NCBI GenBank assembly: GCA_041166745.1
Contig: JBEEGH010000034.1
Span: 9,032 to 73,031, forward strand
DNA: 64,000 nt
Source: Acidimicrobiaceae bacterium
Lineage (GTDB): Bacteria; Actinomycetota; Acidimicrobiia; Acidimicrobiales; JACDCH01
Direction: 5' to 3'
Shown here one piece after another: positions 28,178 through 37,681 of this stretch (the first letter of the stretch is position 1; each line of letters begins with the position of its first letter). The notes below the pieces were generated by a model, which saw only the letters and a list, made by a program, of their open reading frames with translations, did not search any database and was not told where the DNA came from. Position numbers and translations under genes: made by a program.

Positions 28178-29356
28178 ATGGACGACGACCGAACGTTGAT
28201 CGCCGAGGTCGGCGCACTGATCGCGGTGCCCAAGGCGGCGCCGGCGGACTCGTTCGTGCTGCATGCTCCACTCGAATTGCTGGCGCGAGCGGGCCTGCTC
28301 CCGTACGTGAGCGCCGCGGACCGTGAGAACGCGCGCGAGCGAGTGCGCGGGCTCGCGGCCGAGTATGCGGCCGCCGGCGATTCCGTCGAGGAACCCTCGA
28401 CCATCGAGATCGAATCGATCGAAGACGGTGCGCGACGCCTCGTCGCTGCCATCGAAGCGGGCGAGCTCGACGACGTCGATCGGCTCGCTCGCTGGCTCGG
28501 CGATCACGCCACCGCGACGGAGCTGCAACACCTGTTGGCCCAACCGGTCGCGGCATCGCTCGCGGCCGCGGCCCACGCCAGCATCCTGCTGTACCTCTTC
28601 CCCCGCGTCGCGCTGGCGGCCGACGTGCCTGTCAGCCTCGTGCGCGGTCCGGCACGCGAGCTCGCGCGCCATCCGAACTGGAAGCTGCGCTGGTTCGAAG
28701 ACCCGAACGACCTCGCAGCGACGCCGGCAACTCTGGCCGACGCGCTGCTCGAGGTGCCGATGCTCGGCCTACCCGGCAACAACTTCATCTTTCCGATCAT
28801 GCAGCAGGCGGAGGAGAGCGGCATCGCCGCCAAGCTGCTCGCCGGCGTCATCGATGGCAACGCCGAGTCTGCGGGTCGCGACCTCGCGCGAATCGCGGCA
28901 CTGTCGATGCTCCAGGAATCGGGAGACCACGCGCCCTACGGATGGAGCCACTGCCTCACGATGCCCCAAGCCGTGATCGCGCTCGCCGGCCATGGCTCGG
29001 AGCCCCGCACCGCGATAGCGGTCGCGGCAACGCACGTCGTCGGCTTTCGCGCCGCGCTCGGAGAACGTTCCCTCGACGCGGGCTATACGCCTCCGCCGCC
29101 GGCGACCGCCGACCTGTCAGAGGCCATCGCCGCTGGTCAACGCGACGCCGCCGCAACCGTGTGGCATGCACCGGAAGGCGCCATCGACGAGGTCGTCACC
29201 ACGCTCGCGACGCGAGCCGCTCTGCACCACGACGCGCATCTCGTGAAGTACACCCTCGCCTGCTTCGACGCCGCCGCCGCCGACCCGCCTCGGCGCCGCC
29301 TCTATCTCGCTGCCGCCGCTTCGCTGTCCGCGTGGTGGGCGCAGTTTCCGGACTAA
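28178..29356 (+). CDS. Hypothetical helical protein, possibly questin oxidase-like
   Basis: His motifs HAPLELLAR, YGWSHCLT, HHDAHLVKY. Confidence 0.6.
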   Translation: MDDDRTLIAEVGALIAVPKAAPADSFVLHAPLELLARAGLLPYVSAADRENARERVRGLAAEYAAAGDSVEEPSTIEIESIEDGARRLVAAIEAGELDDVDRLARWLGDHATATELQHLLAQPVAASLAAAAHASILLYLFPRVALAADVPVSLVRGPARELARHPNWKLRWFEDPNDLAATPATLADALLEVPMLGLPGNNFIFPIMQQAEESGIAAKLLAGVIDGNAESAGRDLARIAALSMLQESGDHAPYGWSHCLTMPQAVIALAGHGSEPRTAIAVAATHVVGFRAALGERSLDAGYTPPPPATADLSEAIAAGQRDAAATVWHAPEGAIDEVVTTLATRAALHHDAHLVKYTLACFDAAAADPPRRRLYLAAAASLSAWWAQFPD

Positions 29357-29922
29357 TTCGCCTTCTCTTCGGTTTCGGCTTGCGGGCCGTTGTTCCAGAA
29401 CGCCTTCAGCCGGGATTCGTGCGTGTCACTTTCGAAACGGACGTCGACGTTCGACGAGCTACCGCTCGAATCCACGCTGAACCCGGAGTTCGGTGTTGCC
29501 CACAACAGGTGGGCCTCGCCGTTCTCGAAGCGGACGCCGACGCTGCCGCCGGTCAGTTGATACGTGCGGTCCTCCGGAGCCGCGACGACGATTGACTCGC
29601 TCGACGACGCCTCGTCATTGGACGACGCCGGCACATCAGACGACGAGCCCGAGGACAGCTGACCCCCGTGATCGTCACCCGCGGCGGATGACGAGGACAC
29701 CTCGATCGATGATGAAGAAGAGCCGTCCGACGACGATGGCGAGGAATCGTCGTCGGACGAGCTCGACCGATCGAGCGCAGCCTTGACCGACGAGGGCGAC
29801 AGCGCCGGTTTCGGTGAGCTCGAGACCGAGGCCGAGATGGCACTCACCGCCTGCAACCCGAGAAGCAGCGCGAGCGCGGTGGCCAGCGCCCAACCAGCGA
29901 TGAGGAGTCCCGTTCGGCGCAC
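29353..29922 (-). CDS. Secreted/anchored Ser-rich protein associated with the two-component system
   Basis: N-terminal TM, S/D-rich linker, C-terminal GGSV.V...L..ATP..GF domain; probable leaderless GTG 29922. Confidence 0.75.
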   Translation of the reverse strand: MRRTGLLIAGWALATALALLLGLQAVSAISASVSSSPKPALSPSSVKAALDRSSSSDDDSSPSSSDGSSSSSIEVSSSSAAGDDHGGQLSSGSSSDVPASSNDEASSSESIVVAAPEDRTYQLTGGSVGVRFENGEAHLLWATPNSGFSVDSSGSSSNVDVRFESDTHESRLKAFWNNGPQAETEEKAN

Positions 29923-30024
29923 CGTCCAAGGATGGCGTACGGCGTCGCCGATCGTGCTCAAGACCACCCTAAATCGAGGCTAAGCGGCCTCGGTGCGCGC
30001 ACTCGCCCGGCTTAGGGTGACGTG

Positions 30025-30708
30025 ATGGCAGCGATCTTCGTCGTCGAGGACGACCAACGCATCCGGGCCACGGTCGTCCGCGAGCTCTCCGAACGCGGTC
30101 ATTCCGTTCGTGCCGCCGGCACCGCGATGGAAGCGCTGCGAGACATCGTCGATTGGACCCCCGAAGTCGTCGTGCTCGACCTCGGACTGCCCGACCTCGA
30201 CGGCGGCGAGCTGCTGAAGATGCTGCGCGCCGTCAGCGCGGTACCGATCGTCATTGCGACCGCCCGCGACGACGAAGCGGAGATCGTTCGCCTCCTCGAT
30301 GCCGGGGCCGACGACTACGTCGTGAAACCCTTCTCCGTCGACCAGCTGGAAGCGAGGTTGCGAGCGGTCCTACGACGATCGCACGAGACGGCCGCGAGCC
30401 CGGTGCTCCAGATCGGCGCACTGCGCATCGATACGACCAGCCGCGACGTGACACTGAACGACAAGCTCCTCGAGCTGAGCCGCAAGGAATTCGACCTGCT
30501 CGCGTACCTGGCGCGTCGAGAGGGCGAAGTGGTGACCCGCCGCGAGGTCCTTGCCGAGGTGTGGCGGCAGCCCTATGGCGGTGGCGACAAGACCGTCGAC
30601 GTGCACGTCTCGTGGTTGCGGCGAAAGCTCGGGGAGTCGGCGGCGAAACCGCGCTTTCTGCACACGGTGCGCGGCGTGGGGCTCAAACTCGTCGTTCCCG
30701 AGGACTGA
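30025..30708 (+). CDS. OmpR-family response regulator
   Basis: VVEDD, LDLGLPD, GADDYVVKPF, VDVHVSWLRRKL. Confidence 0.95.
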   Translation: MAAIFVVEDDQRIRATVVRELSERGHSVRAAGTAMEALRDIVDWTPEVVVLDLGLPDLDGGELLKMLRAVSAVPIVIATARDDEAEIVRLLDAGADDYVVKPFSVDQLEARLRAVLRRSHETAASPVLQIGALRIDTTSRDVTLNDKLLELSRKEFDLLAYLARREGEVVTRREVLAEVWRQPYGGGDKTVDVHVSWLRRKLGESAAKPRFLHTVRGVGLKLVVPED

Positions 30709-31979
30709 TGCGTCGCCGGCTCATCATCGTGGCCGCCGCCATCTCCTTGATGGTGACCATCGCGTTCCTTGTCCCGCTCGTGGTGCTCGTGCGCACGGTG
30801 GCGCGCGACCGAGCCATCACCAATGCAGAGCGCGACGCCAACTTGCTCGCGGCATTCGTCGCTACAACGGAACCAGATCTCGCGACGTTCGTGACCAGCA
30901 CCGATTCGGGACGCGACGGTCGGTTGACGGTCGTACTTCCGAACGGCACCGAGATCGGCGAGCCGATTCCGCACGACGATGACCTCGCGCTGGCCCAGAA
31001 GGGCAACTCGTTCTCCGCCTCCCATCCCGGAGGAACCGCGGTGTTCCTGCCCGTCGCCGGTCGCACGGGCACCAGCGTCGTGCGGGTGTGGGTTCCCGAC
31101 GCGCTTCTCACCAAAGGCGTGAACAGCGCGACAGCCGTGCTCGTCGGACTGGGCGCGGTGCTCGTGCTCGGTGCCGTTGCCGTCTCCGACCGCTTGGGTG
31201 CGTCGATGGTGCGACCGATACGACGTCTCGCAGGGGCCGCCGAACGCCTGGGCGACGGTGATCTCACGCAACGAGTGGAACCCGAGGGGCCGCAAGAGGT
31301 GGCCGCAGTCGCACAGGCCTTCAATCTGCTCGCGGGCCGGGTGGGCGAGCTGCTCGCGGCCGAACGTGAGCTCGTCGCCGACTTGTCGCATCGGTTGCGC
31401 ACGCCCCTGACCGTGCTGCGTTTCGAGGCCGACGCGCTCGAGGATGCCGACGCACGCGATCGGGTGGGCGCGGCCTCCGACGAGCTCGAGGCGGCCGTCA
31501 CCGCATTGATCACCGAGGCCCGGCGCCCCATCACCACAGGGGTTGGCGCCCGCTCCGACGTGGCGACGATCGCGGCTCAGCGCGTGGCGTTCTGGAGCGC
31601 GCTGGCCGAAGACCAGGGCCGGCCGTTGCAGAGTGACCTCGCCACCGGCCCGCTGCTCGTCGCCGCGACCGAGAGCGAGCTCGAAGCCGCGCTGGACGCC
31701 CTGCTGGGCAACGTGTTCGAGCACACGCCCGACGGAACCGCGCTCGCGGTCACCCTTCGAACGAACGACGCCGCCGAGGCCGAGCTCACGATCGACGATG
31801 CCGGCCCAGGGATCGACGAGTCGAACGTCGAGCGCGGTCAGAGCGGCGGGCGGTCGACAGGCTTGGGCCTCGACATCGCGAGAAGGACGGCCGAGGCGGC
31901 CGGTGGCGCACTGCGCATCGCGCGAAGCGAGCTCGGAGGCGCCAGCATCTCGCTGACGCTCCCGAGCTCGACCCGGTAG
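30708..31979 (+). CDS. HAMP sensor histidine kinase
   Basis: Two TM helices, HAMP, H-box SHRLRTPL, DDAGPG, GLGL; start overlaps the regulator stop. Confidence 0.93.
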   Translation: MRRRLIIVAAAISLMVTIAFLVPLVVLVRTVARDRAITNAERDANLLAAFVATTEPDLATFVTSTDSGRDGRLTVVLPNGTEIGEPIPHDDDLALAQKGNSFSASHPGGTAVFLPVAGRTGTSVVRVWVPDALLTKGVNSATAVLVGLGAVLVLGAVAVSDRLGASMVRPIRRLAGAAERLGDGDLTQRVEPEGPQEVAAVAQAFNLLAGRVGELLAAERELVADLSHRLRTPLTVLRFEADALEDADARDRVGAASDELEAAVTALITEARRPITTGVGARSDVATIAAQRVAFWSALAEDQGRPLQSDLATGPLLVAATESELEAALDALLGNVFEHTPDGTALAVTLRTNDAAEAELTIDDAGPGIDESNVERGQSGGRSTGLGLDIARRTAEAAGGALRIARSELGGASISLTLPSSTR

Positions 31980-31997
31980 CCGTTCGTAAGGGGTAGG

Positions 31998-32480
31998 TCA
32001 GTCGTGGCCGGGGCCGTCGTCGCTTCCGCCACCGTGGCCACTGTTGTCCCCACTGGTGGAGCTGCTGTCGTCGGCGTTGCCCGGGCCGCTGTTGTCCTCT
32101 TCGGCGTTGCCCGGGCCGCTGTTGTCGCCCTGGTCGTCGTCCACGTCGTCGGAGGACGAGTCGTCGACACCGTTGTCGTCGTTCACGTCGTGCGTGGCCG
32201 GATCGTCGACACCATTGTCGTCGTTGACGTCGTGCGTGGCCGGATCGTCGACACCGTTGTCGTCGTTCACGTCGTGCGAGGCGGGATCATCGCTGGAGGA
32301 GAAAGCGTCGCTGGACGACGAGGCGTCCGTCGTGGACGACGTCGAGTCTTGTGCGACGACGACGGCCGGGCGAGTGGACGCCCCACCAGCGCTACTCGCG
32401 GCAGCAACGGCGACGCCGCCGAGCGCGAGAGTGCCGATGCCGACACCGAGCAGTACGGGCAGCTTGAGCAGGCGGTTCAT
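31998..32480 (-). CDS. Secreted acidic low-complexity protein with DDPATHDVNDDNGV and DNSGPG repeats
   Basis: Signal peptide, AAGGAG SD, three 14-aa repeats. Confidence 0.8.
   Translation of the reverse strand: MNRLLKLPVLLGVGIGTLALGGVAVAAASSAGGASTRPAVVVAQDSTSSTTDASSSSDAFSSSDDPASHDVNDDNGVDDPATHDVNDDNGVDDPATHDVNDDNGVDDSSSDDVDDDQGDNSGPGNAEEDNSGPGNADDSSSTSGDNSGHGGGSDDGPGHD
32162..32291 (-). repeat. Coding tandem repeat, about 3 x 42 bp
   Basis: Unit gtcgtcgttcacgtcgtgcgtggccggatcgtcgacacc with synonymous variation; boundaries approximate. Confidence 0.8.
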
Positions 32481-32592
32481 GTGATCGGAACTCCTTGGGT
32501 TGGGATGGGCTCATCGTGCAGGAGGGCGGGTCTCGTCCACGTCTGGCCAAGGTCAAGAGGGCCCTAAGAAGCCGCGGACTACTTTTTCGGCC

Positions 32593-33387
32593 GTGAAGGT
32601 CGACGGCTTGATCGCGATCGTGACCGGTGCCTCATCGGGGATCGGGGCCGCTACGGCCGTGCGTCTGGCGGAGCGAGGGGCGACGGTCGTCGGCGTCGCA
32701 CGCCGCGAGGACCGGCTGACCGAGACCATCGCCGTGTGCCAAAAGCACAACCCGGCGTGTATCACGCACGCCGGCGACGTTGCGCAGCGCGCCTTTGCCG
32801 GCGAGGTCGTGGCCGACGCGCAGGCGCGATTCGGGCGCGTCGACATCCTCGTGAACAACGCGGGCATCAGTCCGGCCGAGGATCCGGTGCATCACGCCGC
32901 GGACGACGTCGAAGCCATCATGGGGGTCAACTTCTTCGGGCCGATCTATCTCGCCGACGCAGTGCTCCCAGGAATGGTTGCTCGCGGCCGGGGCTCGATC
33001 GTGAACGTCACCTCGGTGTCGGGCTACGTACCCACGCCGGGCGAGCCGGCGTACGGCGCATCGAAGGCCGCTCTCTCGCGCTGGTCACACGGCCTCGCGG
33101 TCGAGCTCCACGGCACAGGAGTCCACGTGGGAGTCCTCAGCCCCGGGCCGATCGACACAGAGATCTGGGAGCACACCGGCAACGAATACAGCGGCAAGCT
33201 CTACCCGGCCACCGTCGTGGCCGACGGCGTCGTGCACATGATCGAGAAGCAGCTCGTCCACCTGACGGTCCCGCGACGTTTCGGCGCGGTCGGCGCGATG
33301 TATCCGCTCGTAGGTCGCCCGCTGCGATGGGGGCTGCGCCGCTATGCGGCGGCCGAAGCCAAACGTCCGAACGCGTCGTCGTCGTAG
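32593..33387 (+). CDS. SDR family oxidoreductase
   Basis: TGASSGIG, NNAG, YGASK; TACTTT 7 nt before GTG. Confidence 0.92.
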   Translation: MKVDGLIAIVTGASSGIGAATAVRLAERGATVVGVARREDRLTETIAVCQKHNPACITHAGDVAQRAFAGEVVADAQARFGRVDILVNNAGISPAEDPVHHAADDVEAIMGVNFFGPIYLADAVLPGMVARGRGSIVNVTSVSGYVPTPGEPAYGASKAALSRWSHGLAVELHGTGVHVGVLSPGPIDTEIWEHTGNEYSGKLYPATVVADGVVHMIEKQLVHLTVPRRFGAVGAMYPLVGRPLRWGLRRYAAAEAKRPNASSS

Positions 33388-34193
33388 CTGGCGAAAAACG
33401 TCGACAGCACGTCGACAGCCTGTGCGAATGACGACGCCGCAAACAACAACGGCTGGTAGTGCGTGATGTCGTAGGCAGTCGAGCCCATCGTGCTGATGTC
33501 GAGTGGACGAACTTCGGCGTCTCGGAACAACTCGATCTCGGCGTAGGACGACAGCAGCCCGGCACCGTAGGTCCGCAACTCGCCGCGCTCCCACACCACG
33601 CCGAACTCGAGGCTGAACCAGAACACGCGGCTGAAGAACTCGAGCGCCACTTCGGTGCGACAGCGCCGCGAGGCTTCGCCCGCCAAGCGATACAGCTCGG
33701 CAAACGCAGGATGAGCAAGCGAGTTGCAATGCCCGACGACCTCGTGGATCACATCGGGCTCAGGTGTGTAGAACGGCACGCTGTGATGGCGCACGTATTG
33801 CGTCGAGAGAAACGTCCGGTCGGCAAGCGCGCCGTAAAAGTCGCGCGTGGGAACCAATCCGCCGACGGGCTCGACGCGAAATCCCGTCAACGAGCTCAAT
33901 CGATCGCTCACCTCTTGGAGTTGCGGCACGCGATCGGAACGCAGCGCGAGCCGCTCGGCACCCCCGAGGTAGGCGGCACACGCGAAGCGCTCGTGTTTGC
34001 GACCGAGCTCGGCGGACACCGTGCGCCACACCTCGTCCTCCTCCTCGATGTACGTGACATCGGGGATCGGTTCACCGCGCCGGAAGCGAGCGGCCACCTC
34101 GGCGATGGCGCCCCGCCGGGCGCGGTAGGCACGGTCGGCGACTCCGGGATGATCGTCGGGAAGCTCGAACAGGTCGACATCGATCATTGCCAT
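33342..34193 (-). CDS. phhA: Phenylalanine 4-monooxygenase
   Basis: TQYVRH...YTPEPDVIHEVVGH, EFG, YGAGLLSS. Confidence 0.88.
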   Translation of the reverse strand: MAMIDVDLFELPDDHPGVADRAYRARRGAIAEVAARFRRGEPIPDVTYIEEEDEVWRTVSAELGRKHERFACAAYLGGAERLALRSDRVPQLQEVSDRLSSLTGFRVEPVGGLVPTRDFYGALADRTFLSTQYVRHHSVPFYTPEPDVIHEVVGHCNSLAHPAFAELYRLAGEASRRCRTEVALEFFSRVFWFSLEFGVVWERGELRTYGAGLLSSYAEIELFRDAEVRPLDISTMGSTAYDITHYQPLLFAASSFAQAVDVLSTFFASYDDDAFGRLASAAA

Positions 34194-34284
34194 CAGTGTC
34201 CTCCGCCCCTGCCCTGATCGTCCAGCGATGGCCAGAGACAACAGCAGTCTGTGCAGTAAAGGCAATGTTCGTCGAACAGAGTGC

Positions 34285-35253
34285 CTAGGTTTCGTCGCTC
34301 CAGATGTGCAGGGCCTTCCAGATCGGCTTCGTGACCGGAGTGACCAATCGAAGCTCGATGCACAGCTGACGGACCTTGCGCAGCGACTCGGCCACCGAGG
34401 CGTACACCTCGGGTGTGCCGTAGGCCTGCTTCACGACGTCGCGGGGCACGCCGTAGCGACGGATCAGGTGACTCGGCGGCTGCAGCATGAGGCCGGCCAT
34501 GATGCCGAGGGTGATCGGCGCCTGGATGCTCACCGCGGTGCGGCGAGCGAACCCCAGCTTGGGCACGTTGCGCTTCAGGTAATGGCGAGCGAAGGAGAGA
34601 TGACGCGCTTCCTCGGTGACGTGGATGCGCATGATGCGCTCGAGCAACGGATGCAGCTCGCGCTCTGACCGAAGTGTCTCGCGCTGCACGTGATCGATCG
34701 GATCCTCACCACCGAGCACGAACACGAAGAACATCGACGGGAACCGCCGACCCATGAGCACCACTCGGCGCGCCAGGATGTCGATGAGCTTCGGCATGCC
34801 CGGAATCGGGAGTCCGGTGCGATTCACGAACTCCTGGAACATCAGTGCGTGATGCGACTCCTCGATGACCTCGTGATAGGCGTAGCGGAACTCGGGTGAA
34901 TGGTTTGGCAACTTCGCAGCGAACTCGAGCAGACCGCGCTTCAGGATGCTCTCGAACTGCAGACCGACTTTCATGTTCGACGCGATGCGGTACAGCCCGA
35001 TCTCGGCCCGCGTCTCCTGAGGTTGGCGGCGGTACCAATCGGTTGCGCCGAGCGGGTCGCTGTCGGTGAGCTCCCATCGCGGATCCGTCGGGTTGATCTG
35101 CATCTCCGGCGCGTCCCACGCGACATCGGCATACGCATCGAAGTGCTTCGTGACGGACTGACGGCTGAGGCGTTCGATGAGCGCGTTGAATGTGTCGGCA
35201 TCGGCAACGTCGGTGCGTTCTTCGTCGGCGAGCGTCGTTGGGACAGCAGTCAT
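34285..35253 (-). CDS. AurF-like diiron oxygenase
   Basis: HEVIEESHH, EDPID, HVTEEARH. Confidence 0.88.
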   Translation of the reverse strand: MTAVPTTLADEERTDVADADTFNALIERLSRQSVTKHFDAYADVAWDAPEMQINPTDPRWELTDSDPLGATDWYRRQPQETRAEIGLYRIASNMKVGLQFESILKRGLLEFAAKLPNHSPEFRYAYHEVIEESHHALMFQEFVNRTGLPIPGMPKLIDILARRVVLMGRRFPSMFFVFVLGGEDPIDHVQRETLRSERELHPLLERIMRIHVTEEARHLSFARHYLKRNVPKLGFARRTAVSIQAPITLGIMAGLMLQPPSHLIRRYGVPRDVVKQAYGTPEVYASVAESLRKVRQLCIELRLVTPVTKPIWKALHIWSDET

Positions 35254-35897
35254 GTGGAGGGCCTCCAGGCATCGGGGAGCAGCAGATTCGAAATGAACTT
35301 GAGGCTGGCGATCGCCTCTTGCGCGTCGGTGTCGTCGCCGACGACAGCGTTGAGCGCCGCGCCGGTGAGCACGGTGAACGCGAAACGAACGGCGACCGCG
35401 GGGTCGAACATGTCGTTTGCCTCCGCTCCGGGGAACGCGCGTTGGAACGACTCCTGCACCCCTTCGTCGAAACGCTTGTCGACTTCGATCAGCCGGGCAC
35501 GTAGGTCGCGATCGGTGCGGGCCGCAACCGTGAGCTCGAGCCACGCTTCGAAGGTGCGACCCTGGAACATCGTCCACAGCACGTCGATGGCGACATCGGG
35601 ACGACGGTCCTCATCGGGGAGCGCGGCGAACGCGGACTCGAACTCGACGAGACGCTGTGCGAACAACTGGTCGAGCGCGGCGACCACGAGAGCCGCCTTC
35701 GTCGGGTAGTGATGTACCTGCGCACCACGCGAGACACCGGCCCGTCGCACGATCTCGGTCGTCGAGGCGGCGGCGTAGCCCCGGTCGGCGATGCAGTCGA
35801 TCGTGGCGTCGAGCAGCCGGTCGCGTGTCGCGGCGCGGCGCTCGGCTTGGGTACGGCGAACTTGGCGATGTCCACGAGGACGGGCGGTGGTGGGCAG
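35250..35897 (-). CDS. TetR family regulator (start uncertain)
   Basis: RTQAERR..TR.RLLDAT...GVSRGAQVHHYPTK HTH. Confidence 0.88.
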   Translation of the reverse strand: MPTTARPRGHRQVRRTQAERRAATRDRLLDATIDCIADRGYAAASTTEIVRRAGVSRGAQVHHYPTKAALVVAALDQLFAQRLVEFESAFAALPDEDRRPDVAIDVLWTMFQGRTFEAWLELTVAARTDRDLRARLIEVDKRFDEGVQESFQRAFPGAEANDMFDPAVAVRFAFTVLTGAALNAVVGDDTDAQEAIASLKFISNLLLPDAWRPST

Positions 35898-35917
35898 GCA
35901 CTTGTTGTACTCCGACA

Positions 35918-35947
35918 ACTTACAAACAGTCAAGCCTGCATGTAAGT
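35918..35947. promoter_or_regulatory. Palindromic TetR operator overlapping a TTGACT -35
   Basis: ACTTACA-N16-TGTAAGT immediately upstream of tetR-aurF. Confidence 0.7.
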
Positions 35948-35982
35948 GACATGCGTCGCTCCGGGGGCCACTACCAGGACTT

Positions 35983-36795
35983 TTACTCTGCGGGGCGATC
36001 CCCAGCGGCACGTTGCAGCGCCGAGAGGCTGCTCCGTAACAAGCGCGAGACGTGCACCTGACTGACGCCGACTTGTTCGGCGATCTCGCTTTGGCTCAAA
36101 CCGGCGTAGAACCGCAGTTCGACGATCGTGCGTTCGCGCTCCGGGAGCGAATCGAGCAGCTGGCGGACGAGGAGGCGATCGTCCGACCCGGCAAGGAGCG
36201 TGTCGTCGATACGCAGTGCCTTCGATTCGCGTCGACCGTCGTCGTCGTCGCTCGCGCTCACGAGGGGCGCCGTGCGATAGGCGCCGCCGGCTTCGATCGC
36301 TTCGAGCACCGCGTCGACGGTCACACCGAGGTGTTCCGCGATCTCGTCGGGTGTCGGGGGATGACCGTTCTCCGCGGAGAGAAAGTCGACGGCATTGCCG
36401 AGATCGACATGCAGATCCTTCACGCGTCGCGGCACCTTCACGGCCCACGTCGCGTCGCGGAAATGGCGGCGAAGCTCGCCCATCACCGTGGGGATCGCAT
36501 AGCTGGCGAAGGACACGCCCACTTCCGGATCGAAGCGTTGCACGGCTTTCAGAAGGCCGAGCTGTCCTACCTGGATGAGATCGTCGAGTGGCTCGCCGCG
36601 CCGATCGAATCGGCGGGCGCAATGGATTGCCACCCAACGGTGCTCCTCGATGAGCTCGTTGCGCAGGTGTCGATCACCCGTTTCCCGAAGGCGGCGAAAA
36701 CGCTTGTCGGCGGCTGCCGCAGCGGCGGCTCGCTCGGCGCGAGTGGCTGCGGCTTTGTCGACTTCGGCGTCGTCGCCGCTCGCCTCATCCACCAT
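35983..36795 (-). CDS. SigB/SigF/SigG family sigma factor
   Basis: DDLIQVG.LGLLKAV.RFDP, GELRRHFRD..W...VPR, QSEIA...GVSQVHVSR. Confidence 0.93.
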   Translation of the reverse strand: MVDEASGDDAEVDKAAATRAERAAAAAAADKRFRRLRETGDRHLRNELIEEHRWVAIHCARRFDRRGEPLDDLIQVGQLGLLKAVQRFDPEVGVSFASYAIPTVMGELRRHFRDATWAVKVPRRVKDLHVDLGNAVDFLSAENGHPPTPDEIAEHLGVTVDAVLEAIEAGGAYRTAPLVSASDDDDGRRESKALRIDDTLLAGSDDRLLVRQLLDSLPERERTIVELRFYAGLSQSEIAEQVGVSQVHVSRLLRSSLSALQRAAGDRPAE

Positions 36796-37183
36796 CGCTG
36801 TTGGCGCGCCGCTTGTTCACGCGCACGCTGATCTGGCCATGGTCGGCGCTGATGTCGTGCTCGTCGACCACGACCGCCAGGATCTGTCGGCTCAATGCGA
36901 GCCGATCAGGCTCGAAGGCGACACCACCGGACGCCTTCGTGCTTCCGACGACGGTGACCTCTCCAGCTCCGAGATCGAAGCCGAGAAGCAGCGGAGATCC
37001 GTCGCCGCCTTCGACGAGCGCAGTACAGACTTCGTCGACCGCGATGCGCAGATCTTCGACCTCGTCGACATCGAAGCCGGCAGTCGTCGCGACTCCGCTG
37101 GCGACGAGCCGCGCGACGCGTACTAGGCGCGTATCCGCTGGCAACACCAACTCGATCAGGCCGTCAGCGCGCTCGTCGTTCAC
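36785..37183 (-). CDS. RsbW/UsfX-like anti-sigma factor
   Basis: LPA...V..ARL, EDLRIAVDE; directly upstream of the sigma gene. Confidence 0.8.
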   Translation of the reverse strand: MNDERADGLIELVLPADTRLVRVARLVASGVATTAGFDVDEVEDLRIAVDEVCTALVEGGDGSPLLLGFDLGAGEVTVVGSTKASGGVAFEPDRLALSRQILAVVVDEHDISADHGQISVRVNKRRANSDGG

Positions 37184-37239
37184 CCGGAAGTCCTTCGCTT
37201 GAAGAATGGGCCGCAAGCGACGTTAGCGGCCGCCCTGAT

Positions 37240-37266
37240 GTTTGAGTTCCCCCACCGCCGGGGCAC
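37240..37266 (+). promoter_or_regulatory. SigB/SigF-type promoter of the csbD-like gene
   Basis: GTTT-N17-GGGCAC. Confidence 0.65.
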
Positions 37267-37301
37267 CCCAAACAGGATCGCCAACCCAAAAGGAGACCCT
37301 C

Positions 37302-37493
37302 ATGGGCAGCAACATCGATGACGCCAAGGGCCGTGTCAAGGAAGCAGCGGGAGATCTCACGGACAACGACCGTCTGAAGCGAGAAGGCAAGACGGATCAA
37401 GTCGGCGCCAAGGTCAAGGACATCGTCGAGGACGTCAAGGAAAAGGTCGAAGACGTCGTCGACGACGTCAAGGAGAAGATCTCCAAGAAGTAG
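37302..37493 (+). CDS. CsbD family stress protein
   Basis: DDAKGRVKEAAGDLTDN..LKREGKTDQ; AAGGAG SD. Confidence 0.9.
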   Translation: MGSNIDDAKGRVKEAAGDLTDNDRLKREGKTDQVGAKVKDIVEDVKEKVEDVVDDVKEKISKK

Positions 37494-37593
37494 AGGACGG
37501 CACCTACGTAGCCGCTTCAGCGAGACATCGCAGGCAGGCTGCGCAGCGATACGCCAACGGGAACGGGGTGCCTCCCGCCCGGGCACCTCGTTA

Positions 37594-37623
37594 GCGAGAC
37601 CGGTCCTTCGGGGCCGGTCTCGC
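37594..37623. terminator. Strong hairpin with C(UUCG)G loop between convergent genes
   Basis: GCGAGACCGGTCC-TTCG-GGGCCGGTCTCGC. Confidence 0.65.
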
Positions 37624-37681
37624 GCGTACGGGCATTGCTAGTTGTCGAGCGCCGCCCAGCCCCGGCGCCGGGTCAAGGGGC

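Noticed and set aside
32060-32291. Regularly spaced repeats resembling a CRISPR array
   Set aside because: Contiguous in-frame 42-bp coding repeats with synonymous variation; no unique spacers and no cas genes.
33342-35253. Nitro-aromatic biosynthetic cluster (AurF + PhhA + SDR)
   Set aside because: No carrier protein, PKS/NRPS or pABA genes nearby; TetR-AurF-like pairs are common stand-alone units.
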